A stretch of DNA of 64,000 nt, from the NCBI GenBank assembly GCA_002633005.1, contig NMRA01000045.1, forward strand, positions 799,552-863,551. The letters run 5' to 3'. Under the pieces are notes generated by a model. It was not told the DNA's origin and made no database searches. It saw nothing but the letters and a program-made list of their open reading frames with translations. Below, one piece after another: positions 38,653 to 50,727 of this stretch (its first letter is position 1; each line of letters begins with the position of its first letter). Source of the DNA: Phoronis australis. Its lineage: Eukaryota; Animalia; Phoronida. A program made the position numbers and the translations under genes.

Positions 38653-41380
38653 GTAAGGTTAATTTGCCTAGTTGCGGACAGCCTGGGTGAGCAGTGCTGT
38701 CGTTATGTGGGTACATAGTTAGATTAAAATTTTAGTGGAAAATATAAACTGGATCACAACTAGCTGCAAGAGGAAGCTTAGGAAAGCCAAAGAAGTATCA
38801 AACGAGGTTTATTTTTGTGTATTATAGTGTAATGAACCATTCACTCAAACTCTTCTTTTCATTGCATCTTTCAAAGCAACTCATGGCCTGCAATTGCATT
38901 GTGAAATCGGTCCAGCACTATCTAGCCAAAATATAGGCCTGCTCTTGAAGGCTGTTATGAACCGTCGCCTTTATTCCATTAAAAACAAACTTGTTAGATT
39001 TAGACCACTGAGTTAGGACACTGGTGTCGGCGTGTTCATGGCTTGGAAAGAACCGGCATTTTGTTAACGTGGTTCAGTTGAGACCATGAAGGCTCAGCAA
39101 GCTGGTTTATGAAGGATAGGTTAGCTTATTTTAATTACTGGGATCGATCTCTAGCAGTATTGAAATTGTGTGCTCTTTCCGCGCCTGGAAACTACTTCTC
39201 ATCCGAGCTTGGAACAGTTTTATAGTGAGGAGTCGGGTGCATATAAAATATGAATTTCTTTAATGACTGTAACACGGGTTTGTAGCTTGTGACTGTCTAA
39301 CATGCTTTTGATTACACATAAATGTTAACAAAAAGTTAATATTTGGAGGAACTAGTAATACATTTGGAGTTTTGAGTTGTATTGAAATGTTTCTCAAAGC
39401 CATGTGGTGACCATGCAATAATAGCGACATTGCAAATTTGTGAAATAAAGGTGATAACGCATGACTGTACATTTTTGTTTTGCGTAATTTTATTGTGCCA
39501 GTACAATTTAACTGTGCACATGCTTTTCTCAGGGGTAGTGAAACTCCTCCTGATGTCCACCTGTTGGAAACTAGGAAAAAATTGATTTTTCGACTACCTG
39601 GTTTTAATGTATAAAATAGGCTTCGATACTTAGGAAGCACTCAAATATTTTTACTGCGGAAAAATAACACACGCACCTTCATAGAAAGTCTGCATGATAA
39701 AGACCCACCCTTTTGGAGTGATGGCACGATTAAAAGTCACCCTTTCATGGAGGTTTTTCCCCCTAACATAATTCTTTTCTAACATTATGAATTATAATTC
39801 CTCACAAAATGCTAGTTTATTGGATGAAAATTGAAAAAGGTAACTTTACAATGTCTTTTTATCTATTTGAAACTCACAAATTATGAGAGGCACATACCAT
39901 TTATGTTATGAACAAGAACATCTGAATTGTCAGTGACTCGATACAACGTTTCAGAGTTCATTGGAGTTGGCCAACCCTGAAGTTGTAAATTACCAAGTCT
40001 GTGACAAGACCAGCACCCATTCGTGGTAGCTGCACCAGATGATTGGAACTCCCTTAGTGATGAGCCATGGCAGTGTGGATCACCCATTGCTTTTATTTTG
40101 CAAAGCACTTAGTTCGTTTTATTTTAAGTGCTCTAAATGAAAAACAATTATTTAAAACCAGTATAAACCATCTCCTGGTGTTGAAAACTTCACCGTTAGA
40201 ATAGTTAAGTCACTTCCACATTTGCTTTTCCGTTGTAACATGATAGCGTAGTTATCCTCTGTTCGAAATGAAACTGGTCTCAATAAATCTCCTGTAGTTC
40301 CCCTGGCGGCCTTGCTGCCTTGGCGACTGAAGCTAATAATCTGCCGTGACGAACCAAATCTGTGGCCCTGGTCTGAACCAATAACAACCTGTTCTTCTCA
40401 GGCCTAGAATCATTTCTAATCTAAGTAAGGATTAGGATGAAACCGATCTTATATCAGTTAGTGGTCAAAATCAAAAGATGTTTTTTGTGCAAATGAATGG
40501 GTGCCGCTTTAAACACTGTTACTAAACAATTGAGTTTTTGGGTTGGTGACCTCTTGTTTGTTTGCACCTTGCCAAAAATTAGTCGTGGATGGAAGGAATA
40601 GAGCCAGGTGGCCACAGCAGGTAGTGGAGCAAAGTGCTGTGCAAATTCATTTTGTCATGCCTTCTCTGAGGCAAAGCACTAATTTTGTTCTTGTTATGCC
40701 CTCCACACTACCAGTTACCCTAGAACAAGTTACAGTGGTTCTCCATTTATTTTGCACAAAATAATTAGCTATAATTTTCCTGTGTTGGGTGTGCTAAAAT
40801 AAACTGAGTAAACTATACAGACTTTGTAGCTGACTTGTGCGAAATTACCTAAGAGGTAAATAAATGAAATTACCTAAGAGGTAAATAAATACACCGTGTT
40901 CAGATGTGTGTGTTACTAGAAATGATGTTGGGGCTTTGCCTTGATATTTCCCAAAGTGCAATACTGAGTGTGTGCAAATTAGGTGAGGTAAGAAATTTGC
41001 ACCAATTAGACTCGTGCGAAATAAGTGAGGGACAAAAATTTATATTTGCAAATAATTTGGGATGTGCAAAGAGATGAGTGTGCTATATAGGTGGAGAATC
41101 ACAGTACTCCTGGAATGAGCTGTTGCTTGGTTTAGTAGTTGTGCAAATACTATATGCGGTGGGGTAAATTGACAATCGTTTGACAACTTACCCCACCTTA
41201 ACGGTAAGATGTTCTGGGGTAACTTGCCCTAATGCAAGCCGTAGTGTGGACATAAACCTGCAGACAAGGCGGATGTAATTACCAGCTGCGATCTTGGTCT
41301 ATTACCATATCTACAGGTGCCTAATCCTTTCTGTGCCATATTCATTGCATGGTGCAGGGTGTGTAGTGTGGATGCTCCAC

Positions 41381-41453
41381 TGCTCTAGGGCAATTTGCTC
41401 TAGGGCAATTTGCTCTAGGGCAATTTGCTCCAGGGCAATTTGCTCTAGGGCAA
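41381..41453. repeat. 15-bp tandem repeat, 5 copies
   Basis: (TGCTCTAGGGCAATT)5. Confidence 0.9.
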
Positions 41454-41750
41454 GTTTTTGTATGATTCTTCATTGTTGTGACACACACAATATGGCCAAC
41501 CAGAGAAAATTTATTTTGAATTCATTGACAAAAGAAAGATAACGAAATTGAGTTCTTTGAAGTCTATTCTTAGGTTTGTTTGTACTAGTTAGATATCATA
41601 ATACTATGTTTGGAGAATTTTCCGTTAGCTGCAGAAAGGTGAACAGGTAGCCCTTGAAAAGTAGAAAAATGACTTTTTGGGCAAATGTTATTGTACGTGA
41701 AAGTCAAATTAATAGGCACAATAAGTAGCACGTTATGGTCATACTTGCAG

Positions 41751-41897
41751 GGTTTACACGGAAGTGGTGCATTTAGTCTTGGTCACTGCACCCTTTGTCG
41801 ATCTCAGCGACTCGGCTCTGACGTGCTACGCCGGGCGAAAGAACGTAGGATAGAATGGCCAGAGCCAGCCAGGAGAGAAGGCGCAGAAACATTGCAG
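41751..41897 (+). CDS. AKIP1: AKIP1 (A-kinase-interacting protein 1) homolog, internal exon
   Basis: cttgcag|...CAG|gtacac, 49 codons. TLCRSQRLGSDVLRRAKERRIEW resembles human AKIP1 SLQRSARLALEVLERAKRRAVDW. Confidence 0.85.
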
Positions 41898-42099
41898 GTA
41901 CACTTGTGGAAGCTTAGTCTAATTATGACTAAAATTTTTACTCTTTGCCATTTTTGCATGCAATTCCAAATATTACACAATCATTTGATAGTGAAGTAAA
42001 CAAACAATAGAAAATGTGCCTTGTTTCATTAGGGTAACGACAATACTGTGGGGGTTTCCCAGGGATTCCCGTGTTGTCCCAAGAAATGTGGATGAGAAA

Positions 42100-43170
42100 T
42101 GTGTGCAAATATAATGCCAGTTCACTCTGCACTTTCAGTTGAAATCTAAGTTGCCGCCATGCACAAAAGATGTGAGGTTCCAAACAAACTAGGTTATATG
42201 CCTTCTTTGTTCTCTTGGCCAACATCGGGTCTTTGTCCACCATGACGAAATATTATTGTACTCATTTATGTAAAAATGGTTTCACAAAATGAGACTTTCA
42301 CGAGATTATAATGTTTACTGGTTCTTGGTTGGTTTCCAGCACACTGGAGGACCCGGAATTTTTTGAAAATTAGCACTTCATTTACATATTCACAATTTAA
42401 TGAGACTATGCATCTTTAAGGGATGCTACGGGAGGCAGTAAACAATTCTTATTGAGTTTTGCCTGGTGGTCCACCTGTCACTGGACTGACATGCAGTCTT
42501 TCTTCCACTCTGTCAATAAGATCGAAGCGAAAAGGTGGTACTCATTTCACCTCAAAAGTCATACCCTTTGCAATAAAAGCTTTATCCGGTGTCACGTTTT
42601 GTTACCACCAAAAACTAAGGCAGTCCAAGAAAAAAGTGTCAAAAATACGTAAAGTTGACACTTTTCAGCCCAAAACCATCACCACTTACCTGCCAATGCT
42701 CAGCATGAGTCAACACTGGATTCTGATAGCAAATACCGTACAAATTCCACAAACGTGGCTGTCATCCAATCAGATTTTGGAATTCTGGGTTGTTTGAGAG
42801 TTAACTGAAATATCTTGGCAGGTTCCCCAGTCACTGCAATGCAGCTGCTACAAGTCATGGCCATTTTGAAGAAAAGAAAATCTACATCTGAAATAGTGAA
42901 CTTCCCTGATTCACAACATGATCGAGATTCATTGATCATACTTGCGACGCATATCTTAAAACTATGGCCAAACCTGGTCTACCACAAGAATTTGTGTTGT
43001 ATGGTGTAGGTAATGACCACGGCTGCAATCTAGCTGTACAGTGCCACCACATGTGCAATGCAGTTTTAACCTTGTGTTTTTAAATACATCACGAGTACAA
43101 GACCCTTGACGATGGAAGCACTTGGCAAACAACGATACAGGCAAGAAATTTATCCTAAATGTGGGATTAT
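42100..43170 (-). mobile_element. Possible highly decayed Kolobok-type transposase fragments
   Basis: Fragmentary motifs LFAKC...C...TVQLDCSRGH, SSCIAVTG, ALAG..GDG and FCAWRQLRFQL...SELALYL. Multiple stops and frameshifts. Confidence 0.3.
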
Positions 43171-43569
43171 CACTTCAGTTTGGAGAGTGAAACTAGCCAA
43201 TAGTGTGAAGAGTTTTCGTTAAGGAAGGGCGGGTGTGTCTTTTTTTACATTTTTCAACATTGCAAAATGTTATTTTGTGTTAAAAAACTATAGACACGGC
43301 CTCTAATTTGGAGTAAAATAGTTCAGTTTTGAGGCGTTCATCTGTTGGGAGCACCCCATTACCAAAATGCAAAATCTGCCAATGCTGGTGTGTCGTGAGT
43401 AGGAGTGGTGATTGTATAATTATATGGTAATATGAGACCAATGCTGGGTACGCTAGCCCTCCCATGATACGAGAGATCATAGACGGGTTCATAGGTACCT
43501 GGTCTCATTCACAAGTTATCATTACATCAAATGGATTAAAGCGTTTCAATACACCACATATCTTTACAG

Positions 43570-43650
43570 GATCCGCATGTCTACACTACAATAGATGATG
43601 CGTTTTCCACTGTTCTCCAGTATTTATCTTCAACTACTCGACAGTGTAAA
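43570..43650 (+). CDS. AKIP1: AKIP1 homolog, internal exon
   Basis: tctttacag|...AAA|gtgagt, 27 codons, phase 0/0. DPHVYTTIDDAFSTVLQYLSSTTRQCK aligns with AKIP1 TLSASFRTMAEFMDYTSSQC. Confidence 0.85.
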
Positions 43651-44445
43651 GTGAGTACACGATAGATGCCTTATCTTTGGTCTTTGTTAATTGTTCTCAT
43701 TTGAGGGTGTTAATGATTTCGCATGATTGGGTTTCATCGGCCCAAGTGAGACAAGGCTCTGTTGAAGAAAACATGTTATTTTGTCTGTTTTTAAATCGTG
43801 AAAGAATCATATTAAAGTCGGATTATAAGCAAGTCTCTCCACAGTTTAAAATTTCGTTCTTAAATTTCTGATGCAGGGACATGTGTTAGTGTAACACCTC
43901 CAATAACTGTTGATTAAGGATAATATTAAATTCCAGATTTTGACTATTTCAACATATTTATATCGTCTTAGTTGTTGATTCTGCTTTTTTAACACTTGTT
44001 GTGAAAAATTGAAATTGATTTGGAAATTGTGCGCAGCTGTCATTTTGATTCCTTTGCCCTATATCACTGCTCACATCACCTGAGTGGTAGCTGACTGCCA
44101 AGATAGTCCATTAGCTTAAACCACAAATTGGTCAAGTATACAAAGAATGGTAGATTGAACAATGAGTCAGGTAGCCATAGTGGTTTCGGGTCAGGGGCAC
44201 AGTTTAGATTTCATACAAAAGCTTGAAGCATACATATCAATAAGTTAGCTATTTTACAGTAGAACTTGCTCGCTAGTATCTTTTTCTTATATATGTAGCA
44301 AAACTGGAGCGCTACATGCACAGATTTTCAGTGAAAGTTTTTTTTTTTTTTTTTTGACCAAATGAAGCATGTAATGACTGCAAAATTTCAAAAGAGTTTG
44401 TCTCAGTTCACAGTGTCACAGTTGCAGAAATACCCCCTGAGTTAT

Positions 44446-46554
44446 TTCTCACAGCTATATGATCACCAAATTTTCCAAAATCACAGTTTGAAATCTGTTA
44501 CTGATGAATTGCAAATCCGTACGAGGATTATTTAAGTTGATAAGTTTTATGAAAGTGAATATAAATAGGTAAATAAAGCAAAAAGAATAGATCAACTGAA
44601 ATTTCCGGATGTAATAACGTCCTTTGTCAACAGAAACAGAAATAAAGTAAAATCAAACACTATATGAAAGTGAAGTTATGATAATGAATATTGCGTGTTG
44701 GCCAAGTCTTTAATTATACAAACATTTAATGCTATAATGCCTTTGTTTGTGTAACTGATGAATTGAGCTAGACGACGGAAAGGTTTTGAGAACAGCGGCA
44801 GCATTTTTTGAAAAAAGGTAAAAGTGGCTGTAAACTGACCTTCCATCACAAAAACCAACTTTTGATTTAGAACATTTACCGTTATGAATTGAGTTGCGTT
44901 TGTTTCATAGTCAAATTGGAGATTATTTCAGCGCATCGACTGAATTGACAGTTCGTTATTGCTTGAGCCCAGGCTCTATATGTTGGTTTGTCACAGAATG
45001 TCATTTTATGCGTTCAAGCACGGTCTCAATGAGTAACGAACTGTCAGTTCTGTTCAATCGCAGGCATCATGTCGCATCCGAATGAAGAACGAGTTGCGAC
45101 CAATAAATAAGTAGCACAAAGCTGTTTATATCAAAAGTTCACTTGGGAGGAACTTGCGTTTATAACCTTCTTTGGAAAAGTGAGCTTTTTGAAAAACCAA
45201 AAAATACTTTTTATGAAAAGTGAATGACTCAAAAACATATTTCTCTGTCTTTTTTCGAGCTTCTTTTTTGAAATTTTACACATTTTAAGGAAGAACATGG
45301 AAAACTATCGGCTTTTGTTCTTCAGTGGAGTTGGGTCAATGGGTATTTTGCGCCAAAAATAAGTGATTTGTGTGACAAAAGCCTGGTGATGTGAATCCGG
45401 CACTAAGGATGGCGGGTAGGAAAGAGTGAGGTGGGAAAAGAGTTTGTTTGGCAAATTGATTTCCAGGAACTGATTTGTGAATACTCCTTTAAGAAACNTT
45501 CTCACAGCTATATGATCACCAAATTTTCCAAAATCACAGTTTGAAATCTGTTACTGATGAATTGCAAATCCGTACGAGGATTATTTAAGTTAATAAGTTT
45601 TATGAAAGTGAATATAAATAGGTAAATAAAGCAAAAAGAATAGATCAACTGAAATTTCCTGATGTAATAACGTCCTTTGTCAACAGAAACAGAAATAAAG
45701 TAAAATCAAACACTATATGAAAGTGAAGTTATGATAATGAATATTGCGTGTTGGCCAAGTCTTTAATTGTACAAACATTTAATGCAGCTATAATGCCTTT
45801 GTTTGTGTAACTGATGAATTGAGCTAGACGACGGAAAGGTTTTGAGAACAGCGGCAGCATTTTTTGAAAAAAGGTAAAAGTAGCTGTAAACTGACCTTCC
45901 ATCACAAAAACCAACTTTTGATTTAGAACATTTACCGTTATGAATTGAGTTGCGTTTGTTTCATAGTCAAATTGGAGATTATTTCAGCGCATCGACTGAA
46001 TTGACAGTTTGTTATTGCTTGAGCCTAGGCTCTACATGTTGGTTTGTCACAGAATGTCATTTTATGCGTTCGAGCACGGGTCTCAATGAGTAACGAACTG
46101 TCAGTTCTGTTCAATCGCAGGCATCATGTCGCATCCGAATGAAGAACGAGTTGCGACCAATAAATAAGTAGCACAAAGCTGTCTATATCAAAAGTTCACT
46201 TGGGAGGAACTTGCGTTTATAACCTTCTTTGGAAAAGTGAGCTTTTTGAAAAACCAAAAAATACTTTTTATGAAAAGTGAATGACTCAAAAACATATTTC
46301 TCTGTCTTTTTTTGAGCTTCTTTTTTGAAATTTTACACATTTTAAGGAAGAACATGGAAAACTATCGGCTTTTGTTCTTCAGTGGAGTTGGGTCAATGGG
46401 TATTTTGCGCCAAAAATAAGTGATTTGTGTGACAAAAGCCTGGTGATGTGAATCCGGCACTAAGGATGGCGGGTAGGAAAGAGTGAGGTGGGAAAAGAGT
46501 TTGTTTGGCAAATTGATTTCCAGGAACTGATTTGTGAATACTCCTTTAAGAAAC
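44446..46554. repeat. ~1.05-kb near-identical direct duplication split by a single N (probable assembly artefact)
   Basis: Copy 1 at 44446-45497, N at 45498, copy 2 at 45499-46554. Only scattered SNPs and indels differ. Confidence 0.9.
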
Positions 46555-47270
46555 TACTAGGCCACGGGATCGGTGGCTGCTATGCATTATACCCCTTTAA
46601 CAGGGCTTAGATTTTTCCTCGTTTTTGTTTTTGATTTCCTCTTATTTGATTTCCAGTTTCCTCTTTTTTCATCTCTTTTTTATCATTATTTTGACTTTAT
46701 TTGTGCAAAAACTTTTGTTACAGTTAAATTTTACTACACAAAAATACTTCTATCACACAAGCCTATTTGTGTAACGATACATCACCTGAAAGATGTTCCT
46801 CTTTTTTGTCATTGGTCATTGCAAGCCCCGCTTTAAGAAACTACCTGAACTTGAAACATGACGACTGATGATGTGGCTGGTGTGGTGCCATCAGCCGATC
46901 ATCATGCCTGATTTATTCCATTGATTCACTAAGGTGTTTGTGGGTAGATGAGCGTGAATGGGCAAGCAGGTAGTATGGAAACTTGCCTGCAGACATTGAT
47001 GTACTTAGCCGATAGCAATGTTTCATTCACAATGGCTGGTGAAGGGGTAGACGCGTCAAGGTTCACGATTCACGACCACGTTTATATTCATGAATTCGGA
47101 CTAATTTCCCAGTTTACAACTACCTAAAAGTACACAATTTCGTCTATGGCGACCCGCAATTCGCACGGTTCACGGATTTAAAAAACACCATTTTCATGCA
47201 TGCCAAAAATGCTGTCACGTTCAGTCCCTTCACTCTAATTGGTTGTTTTCTGTACTACGTATAGCTCGGT

Positions 47271-47665
47271 GTCACTGACTGATATAGAAATGGTGAAAGT
47301 GCAAAACAATACTTATTTCAAACTTTCCTAAAGATATTAAAATCTTCTTGTGAAAGGATTTTGTTGTCAGTGATTGGTTGGTACTTTATCTCTACCTGTC
47401 AGTCATTGGCTGACCTAGAAATGATGAAAGTGCAAAGAGCATTCATTGATAGAATGTCTGAAGATATAGGTGTCTGCCAGTAGCAGTGTTTGGTTGTTGT
47501 TGGTACATGACCTCGGGGTCATTGACTGACCTAAAAATAGTGAAAGGAGGCAGAGCATTAAAACAAGCCCAAAGGCAGCAATGTTTCTGTGACAATGATT
47601 AGTTCTGATGAGAACACTGTACTCGAGGTTAAGGTCATTGACAGACCCTACAACTTTGAAAGTGT
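47271..47665. repeat. Degenerate ~116-131 bp tandem repeat, 4 units
   Basis: Motif GTCATTGRCTGACCTA.AAAT..TGAAAGTG at 47271, 47402, 47518 and 47634. Confidence 0.65.
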
Positions 47666-48869
47666 ACTAGTACGCATTATGTTATCGTGTTGGAAGCTCG
47701 TTTACTAGAAATATTTTATCTTTCTGGTAATCAGGTTTACTCCACATTCATAAAAAAATAGTGCGTCTATAAATTACAACAAAGCATAACCTTTTCACCC
47801 GTTATTGAAGCTTTAGCCAGCGTAACACGTGTTAAGACAGGAAACATGCTTTATAGATATCTGAGTGGCCAATGACAGTTAGGCAAGCAGTCTGTAGCAA
47901 AGTGGAGCCATGGTAGTAAAAAAATATTAAAGGCCATTGCCAACGATAAAATGTGAAACTGTAAGAAACATGAGAAGATATGAAATGTAAAATTTTGATT
48001 GATTACTTAAAAACCCATTATTTCAAGGGTATGCTAGTCTGGGTTCATGTCAATGCATTTTTGGATGGATTGCTGTGCCCCCTAGTAGCAGTTTTATTAG
48101 CTGTTTACACTTGCATCTTGTATCTTCGGAGATCCTTGATGGATATTTATAAAATTTGGCAAATGGAAATTGAGTCGGTCTCTCTGTCCACCCAGGTGCT
48201 CAATGAAACATTATTAAGGTAGTTGTGTTTCTTAGAGCAACACTGACATTAATTTTTGGAAAGTGCCAACTAATGTGGCACCCCCTATTGGAAGTTTTGT
48301 TTTTTACATCCTCTGTCTCTTCAGTTCCTTGATGGATCTTCATGAGGTTTGGCAAATTCATTTCTGTTTTTGGATAGAATAATTGTATTGTATGCCTGGC
48401 CTTTGGCATCCTCTCTATTGCTCAATCCACTCTGAGAAGGATGAAAATTGACACATGTTTTCTATTGGGAAGAGCACCGCTGATGGTTATTTTCGGATGG
48501 GTTGATTGCTGTGATGCCCCCTAGTGGCAATTTTTTTGTCTGTGGCTCAATATCGGTGAAATTAATATATTGGTATGTGTGTTTTATTGTGGTGAATAAA
48601 ATTGACAAGAATTTTGGAACGAATCCAAGTACTGTTGAGTCCCTTAGTGGCAATTTTGGTTTTCTTTGTGTTTGCCTTGATATCTACAAAGTTCCGTGCT
48701 GGAAGTTCATTGAATGTGCCTAATAGGTTACTATCATGTAAACACCTGCTTGAATTTGGCTTATTTTGCACCTCCTAGTAGCCTGTGTCTGTTCTTTGTC
48801 ATCCGCCTCCCGGTCATTCAACTTGCTTTGCACCCTCTAGAGGCTGTTATAATAATTTTTTTAATATTA

Positions 48870-49214
48870 GACCGGCATCCCAGAGCACTTAGCATAGATG
48901 AACGAGGTGCCAACATCTGTCCTCTGGAGCACCTAGAGTGCATTTCAGTATATACTGAAATGGATGTCTGTCATGGGTCATTTGGTGTTCAGGGTGGTAA
49001 GATTGCTTGTTTTAGAACAGTTTGGCCGGTAGCTTGAATATCTAATCTAATCTAGCTCATTTTTGCCCCCCTTGCAAGGTCCCTAAGGTTCATACTAAGA
49101 GTGCAGACACCGGCAGATGTCCATTTCTGTACATACTGATATGGACTCTTAGTGCTCTGGTGGTCAGATGTTGGTACCTCATTCATCTATGGTAAGGGCT
49201 TTGGGCTGCCGGTC
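48870..49214. mobile_element. MITE with ~100-bp imperfect TIRs in an AKIP1 intron
   Basis: GACCGGCATCCC...CATAGATGAACGAGGTGCCAACATCTG...CAGTATATACTGAAATGGA is mirrored by TCCATTTCTGTACATACTGA...CAGATGTTGGTACCTCATTCATCTATG...GGGCTGCCGGTC. Confidence 0.75.
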
Positions 49215-49387
49215 AGGTCCATATTGCTCCATTTTGTGAAAATGTTTATAATAATGATGATCTGTTGTTTTTGTGTGGTATGTGGTGCACACAATGGGTG
49301 GATATTAACCCTCAACGTTGCTCTTGATAAATTACCTACGAGCAAAGACAACTATTACTTAACTATACACTATTTGTCGTTTTTCAG

Positions 49388-49492
49388 AGATACTACCAGA
49401 GTTGTTCTGAAGGGCGTAAAAACTGTGAGGACAACGTTCACATGCGCCGCTTCCATACAAAAAAATACGAAACGGTACAGCGTCGTAATCCG
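49388..49492 (+). CDS. AKIP1: AKIP1 homolog, internal exon
   Basis: ttttcag|...CCG|gtacgt, 35 codons, phase 0/0. RYYQSCSEGRKNCEDNVHMRRFH aligns with AKIP1 KYYSS......HVYRYH. Confidence 0.85.
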
Positions 49493-49876
49493 GTACGTTG
49501 GGTAGTTGTGTTTCATAGCTTGTGTCTATAATCCAAAACACATGGACTCTTTCAGAGCTTGTGTCCGTTGATCCAAAACTATTGTTTCACATGTGTAATT
49601 CTGGATTGTACTCACAAGTCCAGTGTCTAACCCAATTTGCGTGTTACATTTGAACCAAAAGTAATCAGTTCCACATCATATTAATTAAGCGTAGTGTAAT
49701 TCTTTGTCAGTTGACTGCTTGCGTCTTGACGGGGGACCACATGAAGTGTACCAGAAACTTAATGAAGAGGAAAGAAAGCTACTTACTATTCCACAATTAG
49801 AACAAATTCAGTGCAAGTAAATCTCGTGTTGTTAAGTAAAGATCCGATGTGCTGCGATTGTAAGGGCACGACACAT

Positions 49877-49988
49877 GAATGTCTACGGTCATTTGTTGCT
49901 AAACTTACTACTTTCAAGAGTCGCATTTGATACACGAATGTCTACGGTCATTTGTTGCTAAACTTACTACTTTCAAGAGTCGCATTTG
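49877..49988. repeat. 59-bp-period tandem duplication, 2 copies
   Basis: GAATGTCTACGGTCATTTGTTGCTAAACTTACTACTTTCAAGAGTCGCATTTG repeated at 49877 and 49936. Confidence 0.9.
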
Positions 49989-50583
49989 TAGCAGCATAAA
50001 TAAGTAGTAAGACTTTAATGTGTCCGTGATTCTATAAAGCACAACTGCAGGATTAAAATGTTCTCCAAGGCATTATGGTGAACTCCAAACTATGATTGAA
50101 TCTATACTTTAATGTAGCGCATAGACTATTGATTGCATTGATAACTTGGCGATTGATGTACACAAGCGTAGTTCATCAAAGTTTGTTGTAGTCCACGCAG
50201 GTGCTATGGAGAAGAGATTTTGACCAATCGGAAGACAATAAATAATAATGTTGTGTACGATGGTAATCAAGTTGTTGACAGAGTGCTGCTTGGTTTAGTT
50301 GTAGGTGCTGGAATTGGGTCAAACGTGCTGCGGATATTTGATGGACCATTGTGGTTGTGGTGGTGTGGGGAGGGGGGTTGCCAGAAGAGATAACAGCCAA
50401 CACGACAAGTCACGATGTCATTTGCATCTGAAATAAGCCAGAAAAAATCTGCAGGCGGTATTAACCATTGTGACAGGGAAACATTATTTTTTCTTTCTTT
50501 TGACTTGTTCTGTAGCATGGGTGTACTTATTTTTACTCTTTTCTACCTGGTTTTCTAGTGACTCAGTTCCGTTTGCATTTCAG

Positions 50584-50727
50584 CTCCAGGCGGCCGAAGA
50601 CGTCCACCTAGTGGTTCACCCAGGTACCTATGCCGTGTCATCAGGGGCGTGGGGCAGCTCACACCAACAGACCCACGTGGTGCGCGTTGACCCAGGACAG
50701 AGTGTAAACCTCAACTTTGTTCTATGA
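50584..50727 (+). CDS. AKIP1: AKIP1 homolog, last coding exon
   Basis: tttcag| acceptor. EDVHLVVHPGTYAVSSG...QTHVVRVDPGQSVNLNFVL* matches the AKIP1 C-terminus KDLYIEVYPGTYSV...KTHVVAVDSGQSVDLVF. Confidence 0.9.
   Translation, partial: LQAAEDVHLVVHPGTYAVSSGAWGSSHQQTHVVRVDPGQSVNLNFVL

Noticed and set aside
44676-45914. Duplicated small ORFs MVFVMEGQFTATF... as a tandem gene pair
   Set aside because: They lie in the N-split duplicated segment within transposon-like intronic DNA and show no protein features.
50584-50727. Carboxypeptidase regulatory (transthyretin-like) domain exon
   Set aside because: The PGTY.V motif is similar, but the full exon and three upstream exons match AKIP1 much better.
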